64,000 nucleotides of DNA from Oikopleura dioica (taxonomy: Eukaryota > Animalia > Chordata). The notes under the pieces were generated by a model. That model had not been told where the DNA came from, made no database searches, and saw nothing but the letters and a program-made list of their open reading frames with translations. This document shows positions 23,515 through 35,472 of this stretch, one piece after another. The stretch's first letter is position 1. The number at the start of each line of letters is the position of its first letter. The stretch is from positions 13,330,001 to 13,394,000 of the forward strand of contig OU015566.1 in NCBI GenBank assembly GCA_907165135.1. Direction: 5' to 3'. Both the position numbers and the translations under genes were made by a program.

Positions 23515-25640
23515 CGAAAAAAGAGGGTAAATACGAGTTGATTAATCATCTATTTCTCAGTATCAACATTAACAATCTCGATTTTTCTCCAACAGTAGTC
23601 ATTATGATACAACAAAACCCTTTTACCCTCTTACCCCTAACCCTAACCCCTTTAATCATCTAAATAAGTCTTCAGAATAAGGGTGTCTCTATGTTAAATT
23701 TTGAGGAAAAGTCGATTATGATAGAAGGTGATTTTCAAGTTGAATTTTCAGCTAGAAGTAATAGGGTGATACCCTTATTTTTATTAAGGGTGTAGCGCGT
23801 TCTATCTAAAGCCCTAAATTAGGTCTACCTCCTTAGAAAAAGGTCATTTATTTCAATGCATAGCTTACATAAGACTTTTTTTTCAGAGTTTTCCAGGGAA
23901 AAAGTAAAACATAAACAGCTGCTGATTTTGAATAGACCGCGAATTGCGTTTTCTATTTTCCATTTTCGCGAATTTTTAGAGATTTCGCGGTTCTTCTAAA
24001 ACTGCTTATTACGTAAGCATCTGAAAAACCGGCTCCGGGAATATTTCTTTCTTTTATTTTTATATATTCAAGTTCGTTTCAAATTTCCCTTTGAAAAATG
24101 AGAAAATTGGAAGCTTCCGGAAGCCAACAGTTTTCAACCTTTTTCTAACAATTCTAGAGGACCCCTTTTTCGACCTCGAGAGTCACATGAGTTGTCCCAA
24201 CCCTAAAATGTAAATTCATCGAAAAGAAATCGCCTGACTCATGAATTTATTAACTACGGGATTAGCTCTCTCCTTTTTTTTTGACGAAAAATGAAGAGAA
24301 AAGGGAGAAAGATGTCGCCTTTCCTTTTTTAATTTTCACAGAAATTAAAAGAGAGAATTCTTTGAACTGAAAATTTTGCTTTCAAGTTTAAACTTATGCG
24401 CTTTCATTAGAACTAGTAAGTAGTATCTGGCCCCTGTACTTTCGTATCTGGCAGTGGTGGTAAATAATTGATCTCCGAAAAGAAAAAAAAAATAAGTCGA
24501 GATCCAGTTCGATCCAGGCGCTCTTTTTTGCCTCGTGAGCAAGATAATTGCCTTTACGAGCTCAGACACGAGAAGAATTAAAAATCTTTCTGTTTGAGCT
24601 TTTCAAAATTTTCCGAAGAAAATATTCTTTTATGAAGAAACAAGGAAAATCGGGCAAAATAAGCTAGATTTTATGCGCTAAAAATAGGTCAGGATTAACA
24701 ATATAGGACTAAATGGTAGGAATAATCACTAAATATGATAATTAAAATGTAAAAAATCGGCGAACAAAAATTGTTGAAAAAGTCGTAAATAATAGATCCA
24801 GAATTGCGAGTTGTGAGTTGAATCGATGGTTGAGAAGATAGGGCGCTCCCTCAAATATAAATATTCAAGTTATCCGGAGAAAAAGAACAAACCAAAAAAT
24901 GCTTCTTTTCCCCATTTTTTCCCAAAATTTTTTTTCCCTAAAATCTAAAATTTCTTTGATTTTCTGCGGTAATATGTAAAATAGGCTATTTTCAGGAATC
25001 AAAAATTTATCTCTTTTTTCTTAAATTTTTTTCTTTTATAAATCATATATAATCTTGAGGAGGATTGAGCCTTAGCTTTTAGAGAATCCGACAAAACCCA
25101 AAAAAGGTGAAAAAGCCAGGAGTTGGGTGACAAAATCAAGGAAGAATTTGGGATGAGAAAAATCGATCGCCGAGAAAAAGAGAAAGAAATCGCCTTTTTT
25201 CATACTGGATAATAAGAGGAAAGAAAGAAGACTTCGATTTTTTAAAATTTAAATTCGCCGGAATTCGCGAAAAATACAACAATAGCCTCGCTTTTTGACA
25301 AATTGTTTCCAAAATGTTGATTTATTTTATGAGCCCATTAAAAATCGGCCGATTCTGATTTCCTTTTTTTATTTTCATTTTCTTCGAGTTGAGATATTTA
25401 TTAATTTATCATCACAGGAAAAGAAATTTATTTTCTTTCAAAATGTTTAATTAAAAAGTGTTATTTTTTGAAGAGAAAAAACTACCATTGGAATAATCTT
25501 CTGATTAAAAATTTTGGAGCAAACATTAGCCGCATTTTGCGCGGCTTAAAGATACTCAAAGCCGCAAGCGGCTTCTCGCCATAAATTTTAGAAAAAAAAT
25601 GCAAAACCAGTACTTCTTAATATTGTTATCAGAGGTGGGA

Positions 25641-25800
25641 ATTTATATTTGAGCAGTGCGGTGAGCGTGCTCTAGATTTGGCGATTTTTTGGTGTTTTGG
25701 TGGCGCAAAAGAGCTGCTTGGAAAAGGGAGCAGTGGCGGTGGTGCTCTGTGTCCAACCTGACTGGTTCTGGATTGATTGGGCGGGCGGGGAAGGACCAAT
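25641..25800 (-). promoter_or_regulatory. Putative Pol II promoter (TATA, CCAAT, GC boxes) with no identified downstream gene
   Basis: On the minus strand: TATAAAT at 25647-25641, CCAAT at 25780-25776, GC boxes at 25779-25790; a second CCAAT on the plus strand at 25796; GC-rich island in AT-rich DNA. Confidence 0.3.
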
Positions 25801-27719
25801 GAGCGGCGCGTACCGACTCCGCCAAGGTGGTTCGGTCCAAGAGACACCCTCCGCCACCAGAATCCATTATCCTTATAGTTCAGAATACAACATTTCAGCT
25901 TTTAAAAAGAACCAGCTCTTGTTACTCAAACTCAATAGAGATCAGAGCAGCTGAAACGCCCACGCACATGTTCCCTACCGGTCGTTCCTGGTCATTTTAT
26001 TAAAAAAGAATAACTTATTCTTAAGTCTTTTAATCAAAATAATAAGGGGAGTTCAACGTTAATAAGAATAACGACGTAAAATCGATGTTCGAATTCAGAT
26101 TTCTTCCTTGATTTTTAGGAGCAAATTGTTCAAAATAATTACGCCTTAAAATGTTTTACAATAAACAAATTTCACTTCAACTCATCAAGGGCCTCCCTTG
26201 TTAGAGGTGTCCTTGGGTTCTGAGAAGAGATTTTCATCTACAAAATAAAATCCTTGAAAATGGCGTTTTCGAAAGACAAATACGACCTCCGTCTGAACTG
26301 GTTCATCTTGCCCCGCCGCGGGAAAATTATTTAACTAAACCACAAGTCAAAATTTGCCAAATTTTCCATCCTCAAGTCGTTATATTTTCACAAAGAGAAA
26401 ATGTCTTCATTCAAAAATCTTTCTAAATTTGAAAAATCAGAAAAAAAAAGAAGCCATTTTTTAATTATAAAAACGTATTTTTGTAATGAAAAAACACCCA
26501 TTTTTTATTACGAAAACAGATCAGACAGAGCGAAAAAATACTCCTGGAAAAGAAGACTTGTAAAAAAAAGAAGTGTGCTGGTATTTATCAGCTTGTCTAA
26601 ACATTATCCGCGCTTATTTTGATTACCCACGCCAGCCCAACTTTTTAAACCAAAGAGACACTTTTTTTTCGAAGATTTTGATCTTTCAACCAGCCTTAGA
26701 TTGTGGCCCAAAGGCCTTTCAATTGATTTTTCCTAGAATCTTAAGGGAGTCACTATAGAAACAGTCATTTTTACTTTTTATATTTCCAGATCAAACTTTT
26801 TCTTTTCCCTTTTGCATTTATTGTCCATTCAGCTCATATAAAAAACTTGAAAATCTAACGTTTCGTTTCATTTCAGATTGTCGTTTTCGGCCGTTCTGGG
26901 AGCCGTGAGTGCGTTGTTCTGGGATTCAATCCCCGCGCGCGGATGACTTCCAGACACCGTCCCCGCCAACGTCCCCAAGGCGTCCCAGCTGATGAAGAAC
27001 CCCAAAGGAACCGCGCGAAATTAATTGATATTAATAGATATTTTGGCTAAGGATAAAAACTGAAAAAATAGACAAACAAAATTTGACTCTTTTTTGAAAA
27101 TGGAGTCAGCGGTGGGATTATTTTTAATCTCCCCAGAACCTAACTCGCCAACGAAAGAAAAAAGAACTACGAACACGTGACACGAATATTACACGAATCG
27201 TAGGATAAGGATGGGAGAGCCTTAGGTTAGTGTTAGCTCTTAAAGGTATTGGAAAACTCCGAGAATTGCTATCTGATTGAGGCCCCTTAATATATCGTGT
27301 CTTGAGGGTATATAGGGCGATCTTAACAAACTGTAATCGCCCTATACTCCCTTAGGACATCGCATGGTGTTATGGGGACTCGCGAGATAAAAATTATTTG
27401 AGATTTGAAAGAGCTCTAAAAGTTTAACCTAGATTAAGGCTCCCTCATCATTATTCCCCGTAATTAGCAATTGATAGAATGACCAGTTAATTCTAGCAAT
27501 TACTGGATGGGTGCGCCTTAATCTCGCCCCCAGGCGCGTGGCCGAAATGTGTATTTGTCTAGCGAATGTCGAAATTTAAACCAATCAAGTGTCGCGCGTC
27601 GCCTCGGGCGTGTGAGAAAGAAATAACGAAACGCGATAATCTTATATTAGTGTTTTCTAGAAGGACTTTTGAGTATTAAAAATACTTTTGTTTGTTTTTT
27701 AGTTATTTTTTTGAATGTG

Positions 27720-30700
27720 ATGAGTGATGAGCGCGGGGAAAGGCGACTGCCGGATTTCCGAGTTGGGAAGTTTGATTCTTCCTCTGAACCGAATGAAATT
27801 CACGATCTTCTTCTCGACAGCGTCGGCGACTGGGATTCCTTCTCAAAGACTGTTCCCAGCATTCACAATCAAGAATTTCGTCCCAACTCCTCCTCTCTTC
27901 TAGGTACACTCCCTTCTCCAGTTGATAAGGGCCCCCTAATCAAAAGAGACCCCCCTAACGTGAGGCTAACAGATGTTTTTCAGGCGTTGTAAGAATGGAC
28001 TCAGTCCCTTCCCACCGCTCTTCCGATAGAGCTTCTAACAGAAAACCTAACGACAGGAAATATAGGCAAAATCCAACAAGGAACGGACTCCGAAAAAAGC
28101 CACCATATTTCCGAATTCTATAAAAGGAAGATCTTGCTTTTTGAGTTCGACTGAAAGTTCATCAAGTTCACCACATTCTTCTTCGTCTGGAGTAGCCAGC
28201 TGTGCCAGTGTGGAGCAGCTCTTTCGCCAAATGAAATTACCGGATCTTTCTATGTCGCCGTTTCGCGAGCCGCGAAAACCGCCATCGCGAAGCATTACTC
28301 ATCACCCCTCGAAACACGCCGCAGGCCAGGCCAGCCTAATAAAGGAACGGTGCCCAATTGAAAATTTCGACAATGACGAAAATTTTCAATTTTTCGCGAG
28401 CTAATCCAAAAATCTTTCATTCTTCAAAGAAATAGAGAATGAAGGAACGGTGAAAACTTTGAAAAACCCTTGATTTTTATTCATAAACTTTTGTTCTCTG
28501 AAAATCCTCTTCGATAAACGCCGTTTTCGTTAATTTACTGATAAAAGCTTATCAGCGCCTTCGTCCGGCTGAACGAGCTCACCGGCAAGTTTGACTTTAA
28601 CATTTTCCACGAGGAATTCTATTTAGGTCAATTTATGGTTGTACCCAGCGGGACCTTCACTAGATTTTCTTGAGAGACCAAGTGCTTCCCTTGATCTAAG
28701 AGCTCCCTATTTACTGCTACGAAAATCGACGGGAAATCCTTCAAATTTGCAATTATGAAAAGACTGACTTGTTTGGGTTATTTACAAACAAGAATGTCCC
28801 CGCTAGATAATCATCTTTTTTCCGCCATTTTGGAATTGGCCCTTGGGCAAATTTCATCGGCTTTGATCCATGAAAAATCGTTGGGAAGAAATTAAGGATG
28901 GTGACTTTTTCAGTTCAACTGAGAAAAGCGCGGTATATTTTGGAAACTATTCTTTTCGAAATTCCTTTTTTACGATTGATTTAGCACCATGTGTAACGCT
29001 CTCTGCGCGCGGAGAAATGCGCTCCCCCTTTTTCCAAAATAGACAATTAGAGAAAATAACCAAAGGATTTTGCGATGCCGAAATTCTGGAACTTGAACTC
29101 CAGTTTCGAAATTGTGCACCTCGGAAAGAAGCCCAAGCCAGAGACGATCATTGCCTCGCCAGATGCGATGATCGCTGAGCCTGTGAGACCAAGAACGGAC
29201 TCGAGAAACAACGACGGAAGATCCAAAAGGCCCCAGAAGATTGTAGTCCATCAAAAAGCTGAAGTCCGCCCAGTTCCCAAGGTACAACCCTTTTTTTCCT
29301 TCTAGACCTTTTTTCGTATCCTGTCCGTCATGGCATTGTTTCTTTCTAGATGAAATTAAAATTTTTTTTTTCATTTCAATAATTATTTGAAAACCACACC
29401 CTCTGTTGTCTGACTTATTTCTCAGAGATGTTTTTATTTGAAACAACGGTAAATTGGCTAAGTGACTACATCCTTATTTTCAAAGAAATGTTGCGAAACT
29501 CTGGGCAAATTGGTAGAACTTCTTGGTTCTTCTCCTTTTTTTATTCATGGAATTATCATTTTTGCTTCCTTAAAAACTTGTTTAGGAGACTCCTTCTTGG
29601 GTGAAAATCGGATACAAACGCCTCAGCACTCTAAAAAGCTCTGGTCGCAATGCATCGAACCCGCTTACGATGCCCGATTCCTTGAAGAGGAAGATCAAGA
29701 GCTACGCAAAAGCCGAGGGCGGAAAACGACCAAAGATTGAGAAGAAAGCAGCGAAGACAAAGCCTTCGACAAAATCGGTTGAATCGAAGATTGAACCAGA
29801 GACGCCGCCTAGACAGAATAGAGCACAAGTGGCGCAGCCCGCGGCCAAACCAGGCAACGGTTCAGCTTTTTAAGCTTGTTTTCTTTCTCCGGACAGAATG
29901 AACTTTTGACGAAAATGCCAAACGCGAAAAAAGTAAACGCGGCCAACTCAAAGGCAAATTTATTTACTCCGTTTTCGTCTTTCATGACTGCTTATTCATT
30001 TCTATAGAGGGTCGTTTCTATTGAAAAAACCTATCTAGACCAAATTTCGAACCGTCTTTCCAGAGCCCCCGAAAGCTCCGATTCCCGCTCCGAATGTCAT
30101 CTGTCCAGCAGACTCTACATCTACGTCGAGTTCATCTCTTCTTCCTTCCAAAAATTACATCCAAGAAGCCGAAAGGATCAAGGAGCAGGCTATCGAGTAC
30201 ATGAACAATGGCGACGCCATTCTCGGCTACCTTGCTTTCACCGACGCAGCTGCTAAGTTCCTAATAGGCAGGGGTACACCCTTAACTTTGACATTTGCGC
30301 AATCGTTAATTGCAAAATTGCAATCGGAAGCGTCGCTGAAATGATCGGAAAATTCAAATTTTGGGGTAAAAGCATAATGGCCCGACCAACATCCGCAAGA
30401 GGGCGCGCGGAAAAGAGGTGGAAGAGCGGGAAAGAGGTTGAAGAGCGCTCTGAGCATGGCGCCGGAGGAGAGTGCGCAGAGGAGCGCAGAGGGAGAACCT
30501 CCATGAATTACTCAGCGGGTGGGCAAGGAAGGAAGGGAGCGGGAAGCCGCCTAATCCTAGCGTGAAGTGTGTCAATCTCTGTTCAAACACCGCCATCATT
30601 TCTGATTGCGTAGTACCCCCCGTAGTAGCCAAATTTCGCTAGACTGATTTTTCGCGCACATTTTTATGAAGCTATTTATAAACTAGAAAAACTTTTCTAG

Positions 30701-32898
30701 AGTGAAATTTTGCGCTGAATCTAAATAAAGAGTCAAAAACACTTACTTTTGATGATAACATTTATTTTCAAGATATTTTTGCACAGATAAAGTAGGGAAA
30801 CAGTGAAAAATTAGTGGGAAATAACAGGAAAAGAAAAGGAGGAGAAAGTGCGATGTTTTTTGTAAGGCTTGGACGGATCTGGAGGAGAAAGAATGTCTCC
30901 AATCTTGAGTGCGATCTCAAGACAGTTCGACTTTACGAAGTCGAGGCCAAAGAGAGAGAGCTCGTAGTTGAATGCCTGGAGATTGACATGTTTTTCAACA
31001 CATCGCTTTCCTCGGGCATTAAACTCGCCATTTCTGAGTGCAAGGCGATTATCTTCCTTGAACTCATAAATGACCTTGCAGGTCTTAGCAACAGTGTTTT
31101 TGCCCAGACCTGAAAGCTCGCCGATGGTGTGATGATAGCTCTCAATGGCATTATTGGTGAAAGTTGTCTCATATCTCGACAACTGACCATGAAGACTCCA
31201 GCCCGAAAAACTAGCTTTCTCAAGATAGTTTTTCACAAAATATTCTCGAAAGAATTTCTTGATTTTGGGCTGAAATCGCTTGGGGTATCCGGGAATTTTC
31301 TGAGCGTGGAATTGGTCAATCGCCTCTCTGACCAAATCCGGCTGCAGAAAAACCAAGCCTTTCAAAAAAATCATAAGCTGTGGCAGTTATAACTTTATAA
31401 GAGGTTTCTTTCATGATGTCCGGGTGCTCGTGGTTGATCGTGTAGTACGGCCTTAGCTTCGGGTTCTTCACTCCTTGCGTCACAAACTTGCAGTTGAGCA
31501 TCTTCTTTGGATCAAGGACTTGAAGTTTAACTCTTCCTTTACATCTAGTGCCCTTGTTTCTTGAATGATTGCACTCGAGAATGCAGCCCTCGGAGTTCGC
31601 TTGCCTTATTCGCATCCGGAACCTTTGGTATTTTCCATCAATCTTCTCTCCGTACTGCAGATAGAAAGCGTAGCTTTCTGGTTTTGCTCCTGGGCCGATG
31701 TGAAAAATGATAGGTTTATCTTTGGTTCCCGCATCTTCAGGTATACGATCAACTTTGTCTTTTAATTCCGTAAAATCCATGTTCTGTGTGCGAAGAGCTT
31801 TCTTCTGATATATATACGTCCCATAGAAACAACGCCATCACTCTTACTCGCCTCTAGAATTGATACAAAAGTTGATACTAGCATGGGTAGAACAAAAATA
31901 TCCCGTCCGCCCCCGCTGCGCTCACTCCCAGGTGTTACGCTCGCTTAGCGTATTTAGGGTTTATCGCCAACTCATCAGTTCTCCCTGGACTCGCCAAGTT
32001 CGGAGGATTCAGAGTCCTCCGCGCACCTGTCGCCCTCATGCGGGAGTAGGTCGGGCCATTGTGCTCGACATCCCAAATTTTGACGTTTCGAATTGCCAAT
32101 TTGTGGTAGACCCCGCTTTCTAGCGCTACACATTCTCTTCGACGAATATGAAGAGCACAAGAAACGAAATAAGGGTAGAACCGACGAAAAACACAGAAGC
32201 ATTCTTCACTACACAAATGCGGCGCTAGAAATGTGCTACAAAATAAGAGATAACAAGTGAGTTTCTCTTTTCCAACTCATTACTCTAACCTGCATTTTCA
32301 GCGCTTTCACAAATCTTGGAGCGTCAAAATCTACCTTCGAGAAGCTGTCCGCTTTGGGCTACAAGTGCGAAGCCAGATTGAGCCTGCTCTACTACAAAAT
32401 GAACCAGGGCCAACACGACTACATGCGCCTCCACAAGGATCTGACCGACGTCCTCCAACAAAAGGTACCCCCGTCGGTAGAATCAAACAAAAATTGATCA
32501 TCCTCATCAGTCGGCACGGTTCACCCCAACAAGTCCGGTCCGCTCCGAATTGAGGGAGCACACTCTTTCGGAGAAAGAATTCCGAAGCTTGAAAACGTAT
32601 CTATCTGGCAACCAGTGGCTCCTGAAGGCGCACGAAAAGTGGGACAGAGGAACAAATCTAGCAACAAAGGTAAACAACGCATCCCTTTTCCCACTGTTGG
32701 AAGAAAGAAGGCTTTGGTATTCATCGTTGATTTCAGAACCCAGGTTTCTTCGACGTAATAGGGCGCCTCACGGAGATCCGGCACCTGCACTTGATGTGCT
32801 CGCTTAAGGACCTCTCGACGTTTCAGAGCGCCGCTGTTAAGGAGCTCCGACACAGGGAGCTACATTTGGGAACAAGCGATGCCAGTCCGCTCAGCTGA
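27720..32898 (+). CDS. AFF: AF4/FMR2 family (AFF/lilliputian-like) elongation scaffold protein
   Basis: N-terminal EIHDLLLDSVGDWDSFSK (cf. RIQSMLGNYDEMKD); VEQLFRQMKLPDLSMSPFREP (cf. ELL-binding VEEILKEMTHSWPPPL); C-terminal homology domain spread over exons at 30060-30273, 32124-32257, 32301-32463, 32510-32670 and 32737-32898 (NYIQEAERIKEQA, KCEARLSLLYY, WLLKAHEKWDRGTNLATKNPGFF, LKDLSTF..KELR). Middle exons are approximate. Confidence 0.75.
30271..32114 (-). mobile_element. Internally deleted Mutator-like (MULE) element within an AFF intron, antisense
   Basis: ORF 31780-31316 has a FLYWCH-like ECNHSRNKGTRCKGRV segment; ORF 31374-30811 has F.EYF.KNYL and the MULE E-motif TNNAIESYHHTI. Degenerate inverted repeats at 30355-30405 and 32031-32082. 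The central D..D region is not seen; outer boundaries are tentative. Confidence 0.65.
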
Positions 32899-34418
32899 CC
32901 GCCCTCGACAATTTATTTATGAAAAAGGAAAGCGCTCCAAATTTCATTGAGAAATTAAGGATCTACACATCGATATATTATTGAACCAAGTTTTGAGCGT
33001 TATTTTAGCGACCTTTCGCTTAAGGGTGTCCACCGTGTTTGTATTTTCGCCCGTGACTACTTTTGGCTGCACTAGTTTCATTTTTATTCTCTTCCTTGAT
33101 TTTCTTTTGCGAAGGGAAGGTCCCTTAGGGCGACACAATTCATTTCTATCCTCTTTCTTCAACAACACAAGAACAGTTAAGGGTCTCCCTTGGCATTTAC
33201 ATCCTTTGGCAGTTCTTTTCTCTTTCACCCTTTCCCCAGATCGCCCTTTACTTATTGACTCGAAACTTTATCACTTCGTTACCGTTTATTTAAATTTACT
33301 CTTTCGGGTCTTTGATTTAAGGCGCTACCTCGCGATAAATCAAACTTTTCCGCTTTATTCAACCCGCTTTTTTCATCGTTCAAAGTCAAGAAAAATAATC
33401 AAAGTCTCGAAGTTTGAATATCGCGCGGTAGACCCTTAATCAGTAAGTAAATTATTTAATACTGACTTACATTTTACCCGGTTTCAAAACTCACTCGCCC
33501 GGGGCACTTTCTAAAAGAGAATTTTGCCCTAAGGGTACATACGGCAAAATTCCTTTTCATCTTCTATAAAAAATCTTTCTTCGAGACATGTGACGCTTAG
33601 CCTCGGGCGAGAGCTTATTGTACCCAAAAATCAACACCAGACAGGCTGGCCTGTAAATAATTCTTTCACTTGCTCTGTGCCCAAAATTATATAAAAAAAG
33701 TTTTTTGTGAAACACAATTTTTTCTTCGGGTTTAGTCACGAATTTTAACCAAAAATGGCGAATGTTTAAAAAAAGTATTTAGCAGCAATATTATAAGTTT
33801 GAAAATATACTATAATATTGCTCTGTAAATAGACACAATTATTATTATTATGATACTATGATAAATAAAAGAAAAAACACGCCGAATGCCGAAATCACCC
33901 ACCGGGCTTCAAAAAAAATTTCCGAAAAAAGGCGAAATATCTCGAGCCGCGAAATATATTTTCAAAAAAATAAAATTTAAAAAAATATAGCCGAATCACC
34001 ATTACATAAAACTGTAAATTTAACCTTTTTCTTCTCCTACTGCAGTTTACTGTACTTGAGATAACTACAGAGTCAAGATCTCTCTTCTGGTTTCGAGTCG
34101 AAGCTGTTTCTCTTTTTCGAAATTCTATTTTGTGGAATTCTCACCTGGTGCCCTAATTCAAACATAAATAAATTATTTCTACAGTTCAATTTTCTTTCTC
34201 TATTTCTTCCATCAGTTGTTTTCAAGCAGGAAAAGTCTTCCACGATAACTTTCGATGATTCCCTTGTTTCTTATTGGTTGAGAGAGTAAGAGCAGTTTTG
34301 GCTTCTGTAATTTCTTTCAGAATATATGCAATAAACTTAGCATGCAGGCTAAACTTTTAAATCAGAGTTATTTTTATTCAGAATCCATTGTAATAATGTT
34401 GGTCATTTTAGACTGAGA

Positions 34419-35292
34419 ATGCCGAAAAACAGAAATTACGTGCCAAAGCGTCATGGGTACGTTCCTTAAGCATCTGTAAGTAATGATTCTGTAGCGCCCC
34501 GGCAGAGCTTGAATTCAACCCTCCGCTAGTAATGTGGGACTTTGGACAATGCGATCCAAAGAGATGCACAGGTCGTCGACTGGAAAGATTCAAGAAGTTA
34601 AAAGTAATCAAGCAACAACAGAAATGCCACGGAATTTCGCTAACTCCGATTGCCACTGAAGTAGGGTAAATTTTTCATCGACAAGTGCCGAATGTTCGTC
34701 TTTAGTTTATTTCAAAGAAAGATGCAGAACTTGTCGCTTCAAAGGGACTTGGCGTTGTCGACTGTAGCTGGGCGAAGTTGGAAGAAACGCCGCTTAAGAA
34801 GCTGAAAAGCGGTGGAAACAGAATCTTACCGATGCTGATTGCGGGCAACCCAGTCAACTATGGAAAACCGAACCGGCTCACTTGCGTTGAGGCTTTTTCA
34901 GGCACGAGTTAGACAGAATCTTCCGAATGGCGAGCAAAGTTCTGAGCTGCAGCTTGTCTAATTCATTTTACGGGGCTTTGTACATTTGTGGTTTGGAAGA
35001 AGAAGCAGCAGAAGTGATGGAAGGCTTCAAATGGGGCCACAACTTTCTTGAAATGAACGAAGAATACCTCGATCGATATCAAGAAGCAGAGAACTCGGAG
35101 GAAATGAGACAGATTGAAGAAGAAATCAAGAAAGAGATCGCCGAAGGAACAGAAGACAATGGTCAAGGAAATCGAGACATGCCTCCGTCAGAAAGTGAGG
35201 AAGACGAGAGTGAAGACGATGACGATCTGTTACCGCCAAATCCTAATCGAGATCTGCCACCGTCGTCGTCAGAAGAAGATGAGGAGGAATAG
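34419..35292 (+). CDS. TSR3: 18S rRNA aminocarboxypropyltransferase
   Basis: LVMWDFGQCDPKRCTGRRL, VVDCSWAKLEETP, LPMLIAGNPVNYGKP..LTCVEAF, FKWGHNFLEMNEEYLDRY and an acidic tail; three introns. Confidence 0.93.
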
Positions 35293-35472
35293 CTTTATTC
35301 TGTTTCCCCAATAAAATAATAAAGTATAATTAATTTCAAATAAAATGAGTTTGCAAATACTTTGTTAAGATACAACTGTATCTGTAGGATTGAAGCTCTT
35401 GCATCTCTTGAAACTCAGAAAGAGAGACAAACATTTTTTCAACACAAACATGTTCACTAACGACTTTTTGAA

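Noticed and set aside
31935-33228. Minus-strand ORFs 31935-32216, 32521-32853 and 32944-33228 as transposon accessory genes
   Set aside because: The first two are antisense to AFF exons or the element end; none has a recognisable motif.
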